Origin: Cenococcum geophilum
Lineage: Eukaryota
DNA: 64,000 nt
Direction of reading: 5' to 3'
Assembly (NCBI GenBank): GCA_050273025.1
Contig: CP158635.1
Span: forward strand, 21,700,001 to 21,764,000
Shown: in pieces, positions 39,790 to 52,953 of the stretch
Numbering within the stretch: position 1 is the first letter of the stretch
Layout: the number at the start of each line of letters is the position of its first letter
Program-made: the position numbers and the translations under genes
The notes under the pieces: model-generated
The model's input: only the letters and a program-made list of their open reading frames with translations
What the model was told of the DNA's origin: nothing
Databases searched by the model: none

Positions 39790-42700
39790 TTAAATAGTCT
39801 TAGTGTCTTTCTTTTTACCTTAGCCTACTTTTAAGCTTAAATTAGCCTTCTCCTTATATACTAACTTAGGACCCTTAAACGCGGATTTTGGAGCTCTTGC
39901 TACACCCGGCCTAAAAAGACCAAAACTAACCAAAAGAACCCTGAAAAAACACCCAGAGAATCCCCCTAAAATGCATATATCGCAGGGAAGGCACACATTA
40001 AACGACGGTGGTTCGTACTCGCGCGCGTCTACTAGAACCACGCCTAGCAATGGCCCTCCACAACAAGAACGGGCGAATACCACACTATAAAGTGGAAAGA
40101 CCCCTATTAAGAAGGCATCTAATAAAATATAAAGCCTATTGGACGCGTTTAGTATCCGTAGTTATAGGGGAGCAATCGTTAGCTATAATAAACTAATACA
40201 GCTAGCAGAATAGCTTCGCCAGTCTAGCGAACCTTAGGCGCCCCTTTAGCAAACCCTTAATTAAATCCTCTAACGGCTAAGCAAAATTAAAAACAAATAA
40301 AATCCCTCCTTACCGGCGAACCGCACCTAGGCCGCCGTAGCTGCGCTTTTATAGTATAGGGAACCTACCCCCCTAAAGATAACATCTGGGTATATAATTA
40401 TAATATAACTAAATATAGAAAAAGTAAAGGGGCTTAGGGGATAATTAGAAACAAAAGTCCTTATAGAGATTTATAAAGAGGTCTATAACGCTATCGCAGT
40501 CTAATACCTTAGGAGCGGAGATATTAAAGTTACCCTAAGGGACTAATAGGTAAAGGAATAAGCCGTAAGGGTAAGGGACAGGCTAGGAGAACGTATTAGT
40601 ATAAAGGTGCTCCGCGAAAATTACCTAGTTAAAGTCTTAGTAGTTCCCCTAAGCCTTAGGGTAAAAAAGGGACGCTAGGCGGATAATACAGTAACTATAT
40701 ATAAGATAGTAAAATAAATGGAACGCCTTATACCAGAACTTGAGATTACCCAAATCTAATGGCTATAATAGGAAAATATAAACTAAGTATATAACGAAAA
40801 TAATAAAAGAATATAAAGGTCGCTAAAGACTCGCTAGGGAGACGCCGGTCGAACGCATAGCTCCCTTATTATTAGCACACATATACTAAGAATATAAAAA
40901 CTCCTTATCTAAAAAGGTATTATTATAAATGGCCTTATATACGATACAAGGCTCTATAACTATAGACTCCGCCTAGAATAATACTATCGCTATATATAAT
41001 AGGGACATACCTAATCCACATGCATAGCATAGGTGTGCTGCGGCTACTGTATAGGCCCCTACGATACAAGATATTGCTTAAATTAAGACTAAATAAAATG
41101 CGTAAACTACCACTAAAGCACACACAAGGCATAGGAGAGAGAAGACTGTATTAAATACAGGAGACGGAAGGTAAGGGCTTAATAGCTACGGGAATAACTA
41201 TACGCTAGGTTATATAAATAGAAATAATAAGCAATAAGCTAGGGGGGCGCAGGTGCCTTTTTAGCGTTTCCTACCTTTAATACTAGGGGGCTAGGCTAGC
41301 TATCCCAAACCTTAACGGGCTAGAAGCGATGCCGCGCGATATCACTAGACTATATAGGGATATAAGGGTTACAGGGGACACAAGGGAGAGGACGCCCTAT
41401 AAGAAGACCCTTATAGACAGCTATAGTAAGCTTAAGACTAGAATAATTAAGAATTAGACTTAACACGGCAAATATAATATTTATAGCCGACTCTTAAAGG
41501 GCATATAGCCAACTAGCAAGAATAGGGGAAGAACTGGAGATAATAACAGATTTAGATATAGAAGCGCTAGTAGGAACATAAGATACGGGAATAGAAAGCT
41601 CTATATAAAATAAGTAGTAACCAGAGTGTAGATATAAGAGATAGAAGTTCTAAATATCCTAGAGAAAGTGGAAATAGAAGAAGTGAAGAACAAAAAAGAG
41701 GCGAAGGACCCTTGCCGGGGGTCCGCCACCTATCCATTATATAGTACAACTGCGGTAATACAAACCACCGTCTTGTAAGGCCCTTACTAGATAGCCTAGA
41801 CCTAGAGAAATACTATATCCTTACTATACAAGAGCCGTATTACAATACCTATATATAATTAATATACTGCCCCTAAGGATTCTAGCTCCTATATAAACCA
41901 AAAGCAGCTATACGCGTATGCTTTATAATTAGTAAGGCTATTAGCCTGTCCTTATGGTTATAGTAGGTAGTTAACCCAGATATTATAGTAATAACAATCT
42001 AGATATATAGGGGACTGGTACAGATTATTAATATATATAACCCTAGGGTTAAAGGGGTCCCATAAACAGAGAATATTATATTAGTAATAAGCTTACTAGA
42101 AACTAAAGGCACAGAGTTTATCCTATTAGGAGATATAAACATCTACTACCCGCAGTAGGGGGGTATCTATATTGCTGCTAAACAACAGGTAGAGTGCCTA
42201 CTAAGAGCTATAAACACCTAGGGCCGTAAGCTGGCCACCCCCCTAGGAGCAATTATATAGTAATAAGGCACTGCTAGAAGCATAATTGACCTTATATTTA
42301 TAGATGAAGGCCTATACCAGAGACTTAAAAGGTATAACCCCGAAGAAGAATAGGCACTCGCCTTAGACTATATCCCCATCTAGATATAGCTAGATCTGGA
42401 TATTAAGGCGTAATTAAATAGTAAAAGATATATAATAAGAAAGCTTAAGATAGACAGCTTCCTTAACACAGTTAAATAATAACTTTAAGACCTAGAAGAA
42501 ATCTACCTAATACTAAATGAGCGAGGCTTATTAGCTACCCCTAAGGAAATTAACTGAAGACTAGAAAGGATCTAGGCAGTAATTAAAAATGGGCTAAAAG
42601 AATACTGCCCGGTCTTAAAACCGGGCCCCTACGCGCGATACGCATGGTCCGTATAATGTGCAATTCTTATTGCCAGCCAATGACGAGCAAGAAGAAAATA

Positions 42701-45460
42701 CATAAGCAGCTATAATTCTAAAGACGAGAGATAATATAAAGACACAAGAAACTAGCTAAAGAATACCCTAAAAAAAGAAGTAAGGAATAGCTGGAGACGG
42801 TTTATAAATAAGCATATTATTAACCTAAGCCTCCCCTATAATAAAGGTCTTTGGAGGATAGCAAAATAGGTAAAAAAAAAAAAAAAGGCGGGACGTTTAG
42901 TAGAAGACCCACACCTTTCGCCCCTGTGAAGATTAGGTGAATTACTAGCCATAAGCGACAATAATAAGAAGGCAAAGATCCTTATAGAAAGATTTTTCCC
43001 TTAACTAGCTTTAGTAGACCTTAGCAATATTACGGGTAAAGCACTAGTGACTTACCTAAGGGTCGACAGCGATATAACAACTAAAGAAATGGCTAGAACC
43101 ATTAGCCGCCTTTTAAATAATATAGTACTAGAACTAAATAGGATCCCAAATAAAGCCCTAAAGACCTGCGGACCACTAATAGCACCTTAGCTTGCGGATA
43201 TAGCTAGAGTATACTTTATAATAGGCTACTACCTAAGACTTAAAAGAGCTATAATAACGTTTATCCTATATAAAGAGGGCAAAGTAGACTACTTACTCCT
43301 AGGGAGCTACCGCCCTATTGCCTTAGAGAATACCCTTAGCAAGATCTTAGAAAGGGTAATAGCGGACTATATAGTAGATACGGCTAAGAAACACGCCCTA
43401 CTACTATAGAGCTAAATGGGGGCAAGAAAGAACCGCTTAACACTATTAGCACTTACGCTACTCGCTACTACTATTAAATCTGCATGGGCGATGCGAAGGG
43501 ACTTTATAGTATTAATGCTTAGCCTAGATATTAGTGGCGCCTATAATAATATACCCCACGAGCGTCTCCTATACATCCTTAGGGTAAAAGGCTTCCTAGA
43601 ATAGATTATATAATTTATTTAAGGGTTTATAAGTTAAAAAGAAATATTACTGGTCTTTAGCGGATATTAAAGCCCCCCTATTATAGTTACAACAGGAATA
43701 CTATAAAAATTACCCCTCTTGCCTATACTCTTCCTTTTCTTTATAAGTAACCTACTTAACTCCTTTAAGGAAGGGGCGACCTAGGGGATAGGCTTTATTA
43801 ATAATATAAACCTAATTATATACGGACTAATAGCCGCAGAGAATTGTAGAATACTAAAGAAAGTATATAATACCTATATAGAATAGGTAAGACGATATAG
43901 AATTCAATTCTTACTAAAGAAATACTAGCTAATCTATTTTATAAGAAAACGCAACCAATCTATAGATCTTTAGTATATAATTCGCATCTAAGGCTTTAGG
44001 GGTTAACTAGTTTAGGGCCTAAGAGTATTAGGAGTATAGGTAGATAGTAAGCTCTAGTGGAGCGTATATGCGGCGCAAGCGGCCTATAAGGGCTAAGTAT
44101 AGTATATCGCACTATCTAGGATCGTTAAATCTATATGGGGTCCATGCTTTTAGAGGTCACGCCTACTATATATAGCAGTTATCCGGCTAACTATAACATA
44201 TAGGTCTAGTATCTAGGACATTAGAGAATCTAAGAAAGGCCCCCCTAAATTACTCCTTAAACTACTCCAAAAGGTCTAAATAGCCTGCCTCTAGAGTATA
44301 ATAGGCGGATATAAGTAAACGGCCACAGCTCTGCTTAAGAAGGAAGCTAATATTCCCCCCCTATAACTATATATTAAAGCCGCTGCAATATAAAGGGTGT
44401 AAAAGAAACGTAACTCTAATATTATAAAGTATATTAAGATACGCCTAAATAAACTATAGAGGGACCCTAGGGCGCCTTATAGGAGAACAAACTAATAACC
44501 CTAAAGTAGGGAAGATATATTAGAGAAACAGGTAAAGAAAGTAAAAGAAGAATAGTACTGCTTTAGGGACCAGGCCTATATAAAGGAGAAAGGGAGACGC
44601 GTAAAAGGCCAGTAAGGATAATAGTAAGAGAGAGAAAAAAGCTAAAATAGAGTATAAAAGAACGCTGGGAAAATATCTACCGTAATATAATACTGGCTAG
44701 ACTAACGCTGGAGAGGCGTATGGGAGTTAAAGGTAGTATAGAGGCTAACTAAGGTAAGAGGAACCTAAGCCGTAGCATGGTTAACGCTATAGGGGGTAAA
44801 CACCTTAGGGCTCTAAGAAGGCCTAATAAAGGTAGAAAATATAATAGTAATACTCTTAAGAACAGGAATAATAGGACTAAAAGACTAGCTCTACTGGGTA
44901 GGTGTCCTAGTAGGTAGCCTAAGATATAAATATAGCTGGCCAAGACAGACACCAAAACATGTAATACTGTTATGCCCCCTACGCACTAACTAAGAAGTAA
45001 TACTCTTAGTAGCTAGCACAGAGAACTATAAGACACTGCTCTTAATATAAAAAGGCCTTAAGGCGGTTACCTAGTAGCTTATTAGCTAAAATGTACTAAA
45101 CTAGTTCTAGGTTGTAAAGGAAATGGCAATAAATAGCGGGGGGGCGAGTAATAGGCGCCCCCTGATAACTCTATAGTAGTAGAGTAAAGTATATAATACT
45201 AGCGCGTCCGTAGGCTTATTACGGCAGCAGTGGTTCTTAAGGAGGTTAAAAAGTAAGGTAGTAGGAGCACTATAGGTGACTCGCAGGCGCCTTGTAGGCG
45301 CCTTATAGGCGAGTCCTAAAAGGCAGGGAGATAGATCACGGGGTTTTCTCAAGTTGAGTCTTTCTTAAGTTGAGTTTTCTCCCTATATGTAAATAAGGAG
45401 TAGTCCGCGTGGGCCTAATAGGGATCCGAATCGGACGTTAAGCAATGAATTATTATTATA
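39790..45460 (+). mobile_element. Near full-length Tad1-like LINE without a recognisable RNase H, RIP-inactivated
   Basis: ORF1 with CCHC knuckles (~40980-41130). ORF2 from ~41730: LSII*YNCG (APE), ILLGDINIYYP*, RT YRPIALENTLSK, MLSLDISGAYNNI, GFINN, then C-terminal RQTPKHVILLCP. 3' tail (TAT)n at ~45450. Start approximate; no TSD found. Confidence 0.9.
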
Positions 45461-46029
45461 TACTAACTTATACAGTAATAACGTAAATTTAGTTAACTTT
45501 AATATCCTTTACTTAATACTTAACTTCTAATTAGCTATAATAGTACTATAGTAAACGGGCTTAGTCTGTTCTTATTAATCTATCTAAGTAAATAGTTACT
45601 TTACCTCCAAGAGCTTATAGCTTAGCTTAACTATAATAGTATAATTTATACGCTATAGGTTAATAAACAGCCTAATTAATATAAAGGTACAAAGTAGGAT
45701 CTACTTAGAGTTATTAGTATTAAAGGTTTACCTAGCCTTAGCCTTTTTAATATTAGATATACCGGCTATATAGCAGAGCACCTTATCTTTACTATATTCT
45801 TTATATAGCCTATTAAACTAATAAGCTAGTATAAAAGGTAAGTAAGTAGTAATAATAATCTTACATACTAAACCATCTATTTGTTTTTTGACATAAATAT
45901 AATTATAAATTTTTTTAGCTTAAAAGAACTTTATATTTTATTAAAAATAGCGGTTAAGCATATTAGTGAACTCCTTACTAAGTAGGTTAGTAGTCTACTT
46001 AATAATAATTAGGTCCTTAAGTATATAAC

Positions 46030-49000
46030 TTTAAGTTTTTAAGCGTTTATTATTAGACTTATTAGACTTATTAAACTTAATTATAATAGGGGTATACTAG
46101 TCCTAGTATTAGACAATATAGGCTATACTTACTACTATTTTCGCGTTAGTATATAACTCGGCTTAGGTGAGTTTTAGTATCTTAGATTTAGTATTTAGAT
46201 CGCTGCTATCTTCCTCCTATATAGCTAGAAGTTCCTTATATTAGCGCCTATACTCTATTCTTACTTAGTCCTCTATAGCTATAATTATAGCCGCCTTAGT
46301 ATTATTAGGGTCGGCCTATAATATAACTAATTTAAGATAGCTATTCTTTAGGATAAGCTTTTACTGGTTAAACTAGAGTATTAACTCCCCTCTATGTATT
46401 TAAAATATTAGAATAACTATATAGAAAAATATAGCTAGTTTACTAAATTTCCTATCTACTATTACTCTAACTAGGTTAGTCTTCGCATCCTTATAAAAAT
46501 AGTTAAATTCCTTCTTCTTTAGCTAGATATTTTCTTCTTTAAGCTTAAGTAGTACTTTAAACTCCGTTCCCTTTAGCTTATTAACTTCTTCCCACTCTAG
46601 CCTCTTTAATCCTACTATAATAAACCACATTAGTTATATTAGGTTTCTATTATTAAGCGTACTAGATATACCCTATATAGTAGGGCTACAATTATATATA
46701 ATATAGTACTCCTTAACTATATCCTTAATAAACGACATTAAAACTCTACTAGTTGCGTTTAAGTAGTATTTATCCTAGAGAATACACCTAACCTATATTA
46801 CACTCTTTAATTTCTAATACGTTCTAGGGGATTAGCTATTTAAGTATTTTTATATATTAGTTTATATAGTAATAAACCCGCATATTAGTTATATAGTAAT
46901 ACAATTTCGCGTAGTAATTAAAAGGAATTAGGTTAAGTGTCTTAGCGCTAATAGTTCTATTATATTAGGGGCAAAACTATAATTATTCTTAAACCTAGCT
47001 TTACCCTATAGGTATAATAGAAGAGCCTTACTAATTAGATATATATTATTATTATTCTCCTATTATTCCTTATTAATCTACTTAAAAGCCTTATAGATTT
47101 ACGGCTATTTATCCTTTTTTAGTTTACTAAATATCTTAACTTTATTATAACTAGGGGCGAGAATTATAATCTAGGGCGAGTTAGGGCGCTTTATAATCGC
47201 GCCGTCTTATAATATTATACTCGCGTCCTTTAGGAATCCTAGTAGGCCTAAAATTAGCATAAGGACGACTAAGTAGCCTCGCTATAGGTCTATAGGGTAT
47301 AGCTTCTTAAAGTTATCTTTGTAGTAGTATATAATTGGCTGCTTTACTACCTATAGGCATTTTAAATCTAGTGGATATATCTTAGGTAGGTAATGGGTTA
47401 TATTCCTAGCAGCTTAGACCTCTTAAATATCTATTATATTCTAATAATAAAAGTAGTTTATTAGCTATTAAGTAATTATTTATACAGTCTTACCTGCGCT
47501 AGGTTTATCTATATAAATACTACCTCCTTTAATCGTCCTCTTTTACTTAAATACCTAAGCTATATATACTACTTAATATAGGCTAAATTTAAAGCCTAAT
47601 ATAAGGCCCCAATTAGGGAGTTTAATTAGGGCGGTCTTAAAGAGTGCTTTTAATAAGATAAATAGGAAATACTCTAGAGTAAGTAAAAGATCCGCCTCTA
47701 TTATATACGCTAGTATACTATTTAGGTTATCCTTCCTAGCCTTATAGAGCTAGGCTAAGAAAGTTTACTAGTTAAGTTCTTCCTTTATATTTACGTCTTA
47801 GTCGTTATTATTAACTAAATCCTTATCTTTATCTCCACTCTCTATATTCTTAGAGTTAGTGTAATATAGGAACTAATTATTATATCCACCAGCACGTTAC
47901 GGCAATTTACTATCCTCTATGGTAATATCTTAAGGGATATTAACGGTTAGTAATATAGTAGTAGGGTTGTTTATTATATCGTTAGGCTAGTATATACCTT
48001 TAGATTTAGTAATAAATTGCGGCGATTTGCTATTATTTATAGCAATTTCTCTAATACCACTATTACTCGCTAATATAGGCTTATAGGCAGATAGGTTACA
48101 TCTTCCCTTTACTAATTACCTTCTACGTATAACCGGCTTATTATTGCTGTTTTTTATAAGGGTGCCTACCGCTAATTCTACTTAAGAGCGTTTCCTACTT
48201 CTATTTAGGTTAGCCTTGCGATTATTTAACTTCCTAGGCGCAGCCGGCTTGCTTTTATTATTTTTTACTAGGGCACTTATTACTAATCTTAGTTAAGGCC
48301 ACTTATTATATCTACCTAATTTAGTCTTACTATTATCTAATTTCTTATATCTAATAGGCTCGCCCTTACTATTTTTATTAGAGCTATATACTGCTAATCC
48401 TAAATAACTCTACTTCTTACCTTTTCCTAGTTTACTCTTGCCGCTAGCCTTACGCGGCATTAGGACTTACTAGCTATCTTTTACGCTACGTCTATTACGT
48501 CTAGGTATCTTAAATTTAATAGCTAGCGGTGTATTATTAGTAGTAGCGACTTAGAAGTTTAAGCTAAGAGGTAAGAGTAATACTATAAGCATAGCCTCCT
48601 TTATACTATTTCTTACTATTTCACTAAAAGCTATAATAAGTATACCCTCTAACCGTATTATAAGGTTTTTATATCTCTATAGCGATATATAGATTTTTTT
48701 TTAGGCGGACTGTTAATATTAAGCTCTATATAGGCTTGCAGTTCCTCTTATAGCTTACCTAGAGCTATATATAGGTTTCTGCTTATTAGATATAAGACTT
48801 AAATTACCCTAACTATTAACCTACCCATTAAGCCTATAGATTAAATTTCAATCTTAATATCTTCTATATTAATTATATTGCTTACTACTAAAGTTGCTGG
48901 TTAAGGCAAAGGGATACTATATAGTAGGGTTATAGTAACGTCTATAGGCTATATCGCATATAGTAGCTAAAGTGGCGTTATCTTATCTTATACTTTAGTC

Positions 49001-49500
49001 TTTAGGGGTAATATATATTTATATAGAGTATACCTACTCTTAGAGGTACTTAGTACCCTCCTTATATAATTAGAATAAGTACTTCTTATAATTTTTAAAA
49101 TTACCTATAGTTTCTAATCCGGTAGAGTATTAGCAAATTATAAAAGTTACTTATAAAACTCCTTAATATACCCTTTTTTTATTATTATAAAGTTACCGCA
49201 ATATATTACGTGCTTAGGCTTAACTTTAATTATAATATCTTTAACACTCTCTTTTAGTCTATTATAGTTTTTAATACTTATTCTAAAGCCTTAAGCAATA
49301 TCTATATCTTTAGTTAGCTTTAGGTTCGCCTTATACTATATATCTAGCTTTACCTATAGTTACATTATTATTAAGTCGCTTATTTAGTTAGGTATATATA
49401 ATATTACAGCATATATTAAGTAGAAGGTAACTATTAAAGTAAAAAGGCTTTATATAGTAACTGGCTAGTGCTATACTAGTATAACTCTAGTATTAAATAT
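46030..49500 (-). pseudogene. Large unidentified intron-containing gene, heavily RIPed; basic ~37-aa repeats near the N-terminus, coiled-coil/acidic C-terminus
   Basis: A long frame broken mainly by TAA/TAG; ~111-bp period at 48133/48244/48355; intron-like segments near 46830-46900, 46615-46680 and 46395-46445. No TE motif recognised. Ends approximate. Confidence 0.45.
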
Positions 49501-49842
49501 AGTTAGAGGTTAGTTATAGAAGAAATAAAAGGTAGAATAAGTAAAGTTAATTAAAAAAAGGTAAAGAGGTAAATTTTATAATTGCCCACACGTGCCCGTA
49601 TAGAGGTAAAATTAGCTATAGTTTACTGCTACTAGTTAGGGTAAATATAGCTAGACTTAGTACTATACAGTTAAATAAGGGCATAATTATATAACTTATA
49701 GGGACTACCCTACCCAGCCTATTTAGGGCTAGGTAGCGGTCTAATACTACTAAACTCTTATAGTTTTTAATATAAGTAATTTATTAAGTGCCTATAAAGG
49801 GGTAACTAGTTATTATGGTATAGTAAAATATAGGAGGTTATA

Positions 49843-50165
49843 GGCGTTACTATATTTCTTATTATTATATAGAGTTGGTATATATACGCGCCGCCAGAGT
49901 TAGAGGGCTAGCCTATATTTATATATATAGGCTCCATTACTATAAAGTATTTACTATATAACAGGTAGTATTTTTAGTAAATAGTAACGTATTATACTTA
50001 TTATAGGCATTACTATATTTCTTATTATTATATAAAGTTAGTAGATATATACGCTACTAGAGTTAAAGGGCTAGCCTATATCTATATATATGGACTCTAT
50101 TACTATAAAGTACTTAATATATAATAGGTAGTACTTCTAGTAGACGGCAATATATTATACTCACT
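49843..50165. repeat. Tandem duplication of ~160 bp
   Basis: taggc(g/a)ttactatatttcttattattatata..agagtta(g/a)agggctagcctatat..attatact occurs at 49843-50000 and 50004-50165. Confidence 0.85.
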
Positions 50166-52953
50166 TTATAATCGCTAGTATTATTATTACACTATATAGT
50201 ACTTAAAGGCCTACTAGATAAGTCTATTTAGAATAATAATTATCTAGTATATAGGATTTATGTCTATATATAAATATCTAGTGCTTATTTAAACGTATAT
50301 CTACTATAAAAGGTAGTAGGAGGTTTTATATCTTATATTATAAGTTTATATAATTAATAGTATTTTATAGCATTTTATAGCATTTTAGGGCATTTTAAGA
50401 CAGTAAATATGTTGTATATACTAGCATTTAGCCGCTTAGCAATATTAACTTATCTTATTATTTATCTATTTAGTATTATATAAGAGGTTAATATTCTACT
50501 ATAGTATTTATTATATTAGAGTCTCTTAAATTTAATATCTTTATTTTAGATCTGTTTAAAACTATATATAGTTTTATAATATCCCGCTCCCCACCTAGTA
50601 CTCTAGTAAGAAATTGTTTAGTTAATAATACCTTTTCTCTTACTAATTAAGGGAGGAAAAGACTTATACTTTCTAGTAGTAGTAAGCTATACTTATTAGT
50701 AATATTTTTAATAGATTATAATATTTAAGTTTCTGTTTACCTATAATATAATTAGCCTACCTATAGTAAAGTACTTTTACTTTACTACTTACTTCTCTTT
50801 TCCCTTACCCTTTTATATATCTATATACTTACATTATAAACTATAAAAGCTTAATAGTACTAGACCATTACCTAGCCTATATTAAGAGATAGGCTAGGTA
50901 AAGTAGTCCCTATAACTTACACTATACCGCGTCTTCCTCTATAGGTTAGTCTTATTACTATAGATTTACCTTTATACGTATTTAACCTATAAAGTATATA
51001 ATTATATACTTTACTACCAAGGCCTTACTTATATAATTTTATTAGGGCGCGCTTTATTTCCTTACCTTTACTAGTTAACCTAACTCTATTAACTACCTAC
51101 CCTTACTTCTACCCTACTAGCATCTACCTCTATAACTAGTGCCTCTATAAATCTATTTAAGCTATAGAGCCTTAAAACGTAGTAAGTTAGCTACCTTATC
51201 TTTGGCCTTAGCTATATAATAGAGAATCTATATTTACTAATATATTTATATAGACTACTACTTAATATAGCCTGCTACTAAAATGGATCTACCTACTAAT
51301 TATTTTATAACTTATAACGTTAACTATATCTATAACCACAAAAAGTTTGCTAAGGATATTATAGTTTTTAAGATTACCTTAACTATAGCAGCTATAGGCT
51401 CCGGTATCTTATAAGGTAATAGTAAGGGCCCTATATTTAATAAGCTTCTTTTTTTAAAGCTTAGTAGTTTATACCTTTTAGCTAACAACGCTTTAAAATG
51501 CTATCTCTATCTACCCACCGGCTATATACACGCTAATTATCCTCTTAAGAAAGTTTCTTAACTTTATTATAGCTATAGTAAAGCTAGTTATTTTAAAGCT
51601 AACTACCTTAACCCTATATATAATAATTATAGGGAAGCCGGTTATTTTAAGAGTAACTATTTTAGTATAACGTGTAACTAATATAGTACTATAGGCTATA
51701 GAAAGCGAGACTATCCCTAGCTATTAGGTAAGAAGAAGTAGACTTACCTAAACTATAGCTCCCTAAACTATTAAACTATCTTCTATAGTTAGGTATATAA
51801 GAACTATAAAGTTATAGGGCATAATATTAATAATTATATAAGTAAACCTACTTTAATTTGGGCGATAGACGTTGTAACCGCTCTAGGCAAGGTAAATATA
51901 CTAGGTACTACCGCTTTAAGTATAGCTGCTACCTCTCTATTACCTAAACCTCTTAATATAGCTAGCTTTTATCTGGTAGCGGATAGCCTAATAAATAATC
52001 TAGATACCTATATAAAGGATAGCAATTTTATAATAGCTAAACCTTTAAATATACTCTAGCTTCCAAACAATAACTACCTTATAGTTTAGTTTATTATATA
52101 AATTATTAAAGAGTATATTATAGTATATAGTATTACATTCTAGGTGTCTTATAAAACCAGTAAAATGCCTACTTATTATTTATATAAGATGGCGTTTATC
52201 TAATTTATAAATACTAACATTACTAGCGACGTTAAGGTTAATACTGCTAATACTACTTCTTTAGTTACTTAATAACTATTACATCTAACCACGCTTAAGC
52301 ATCTTATTTATATTCTCCCGTAAGATGCTATAACCCTATAACTTTACTATATTAGGTTTATTATCGCCTCTAATAAACTTATACTAGGTACGCGTACGTT
52401 ACTTAGTAAGTACTTCTTTATTAATAGGGACTTCAGCCTATTTATACCGTAAATCTATAAAGCTTGGGATATACTATTAAATAGTCCTATAGTTATTATC
52501 TACTTCTTTACGCTAGGCACTAAATAGCTTAATAGTTATATCGCGAGCCTATAATAGTAAAGCGTTAACAATTCTTTAGGTCGCTAGTAGAAGAACTATA
52601 ATATAAATATTTAGCTTAGTATATAGCTCTTAATAAAGGACTAACTATTATATAAAATCCCTATAAGGTATTAGTTTAATAGCGTCCTTAAGTATTTTAT
52701 GGTTTAGTTCTATACCGTAGTTATAAGCCTTAAGGCCGTTAATTAGAACCCCTAGGTACCTACTATTATTTATTTTATTACCTTTTTAAGTAGCGTAGAC
52801 TAAGTCTACTATACTGCTATCTAAATAGTTAATAGTCTTACCCTTTATACTAACTCTATTATTAATATCTTATTCCTAGGTAAAGATGCAAATAGCTAGG
52901 CTAGCTAAAAAGGAGTTATTATTAATACTACTCCCTTTAGCTCCGGCTATAAT

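Noticed and set aside
42872..42886. Internal poly(A) as the end of a LINE
   Set aside because: ORF2 continues on both sides; it is a homopolymer expansion in a Lys run.
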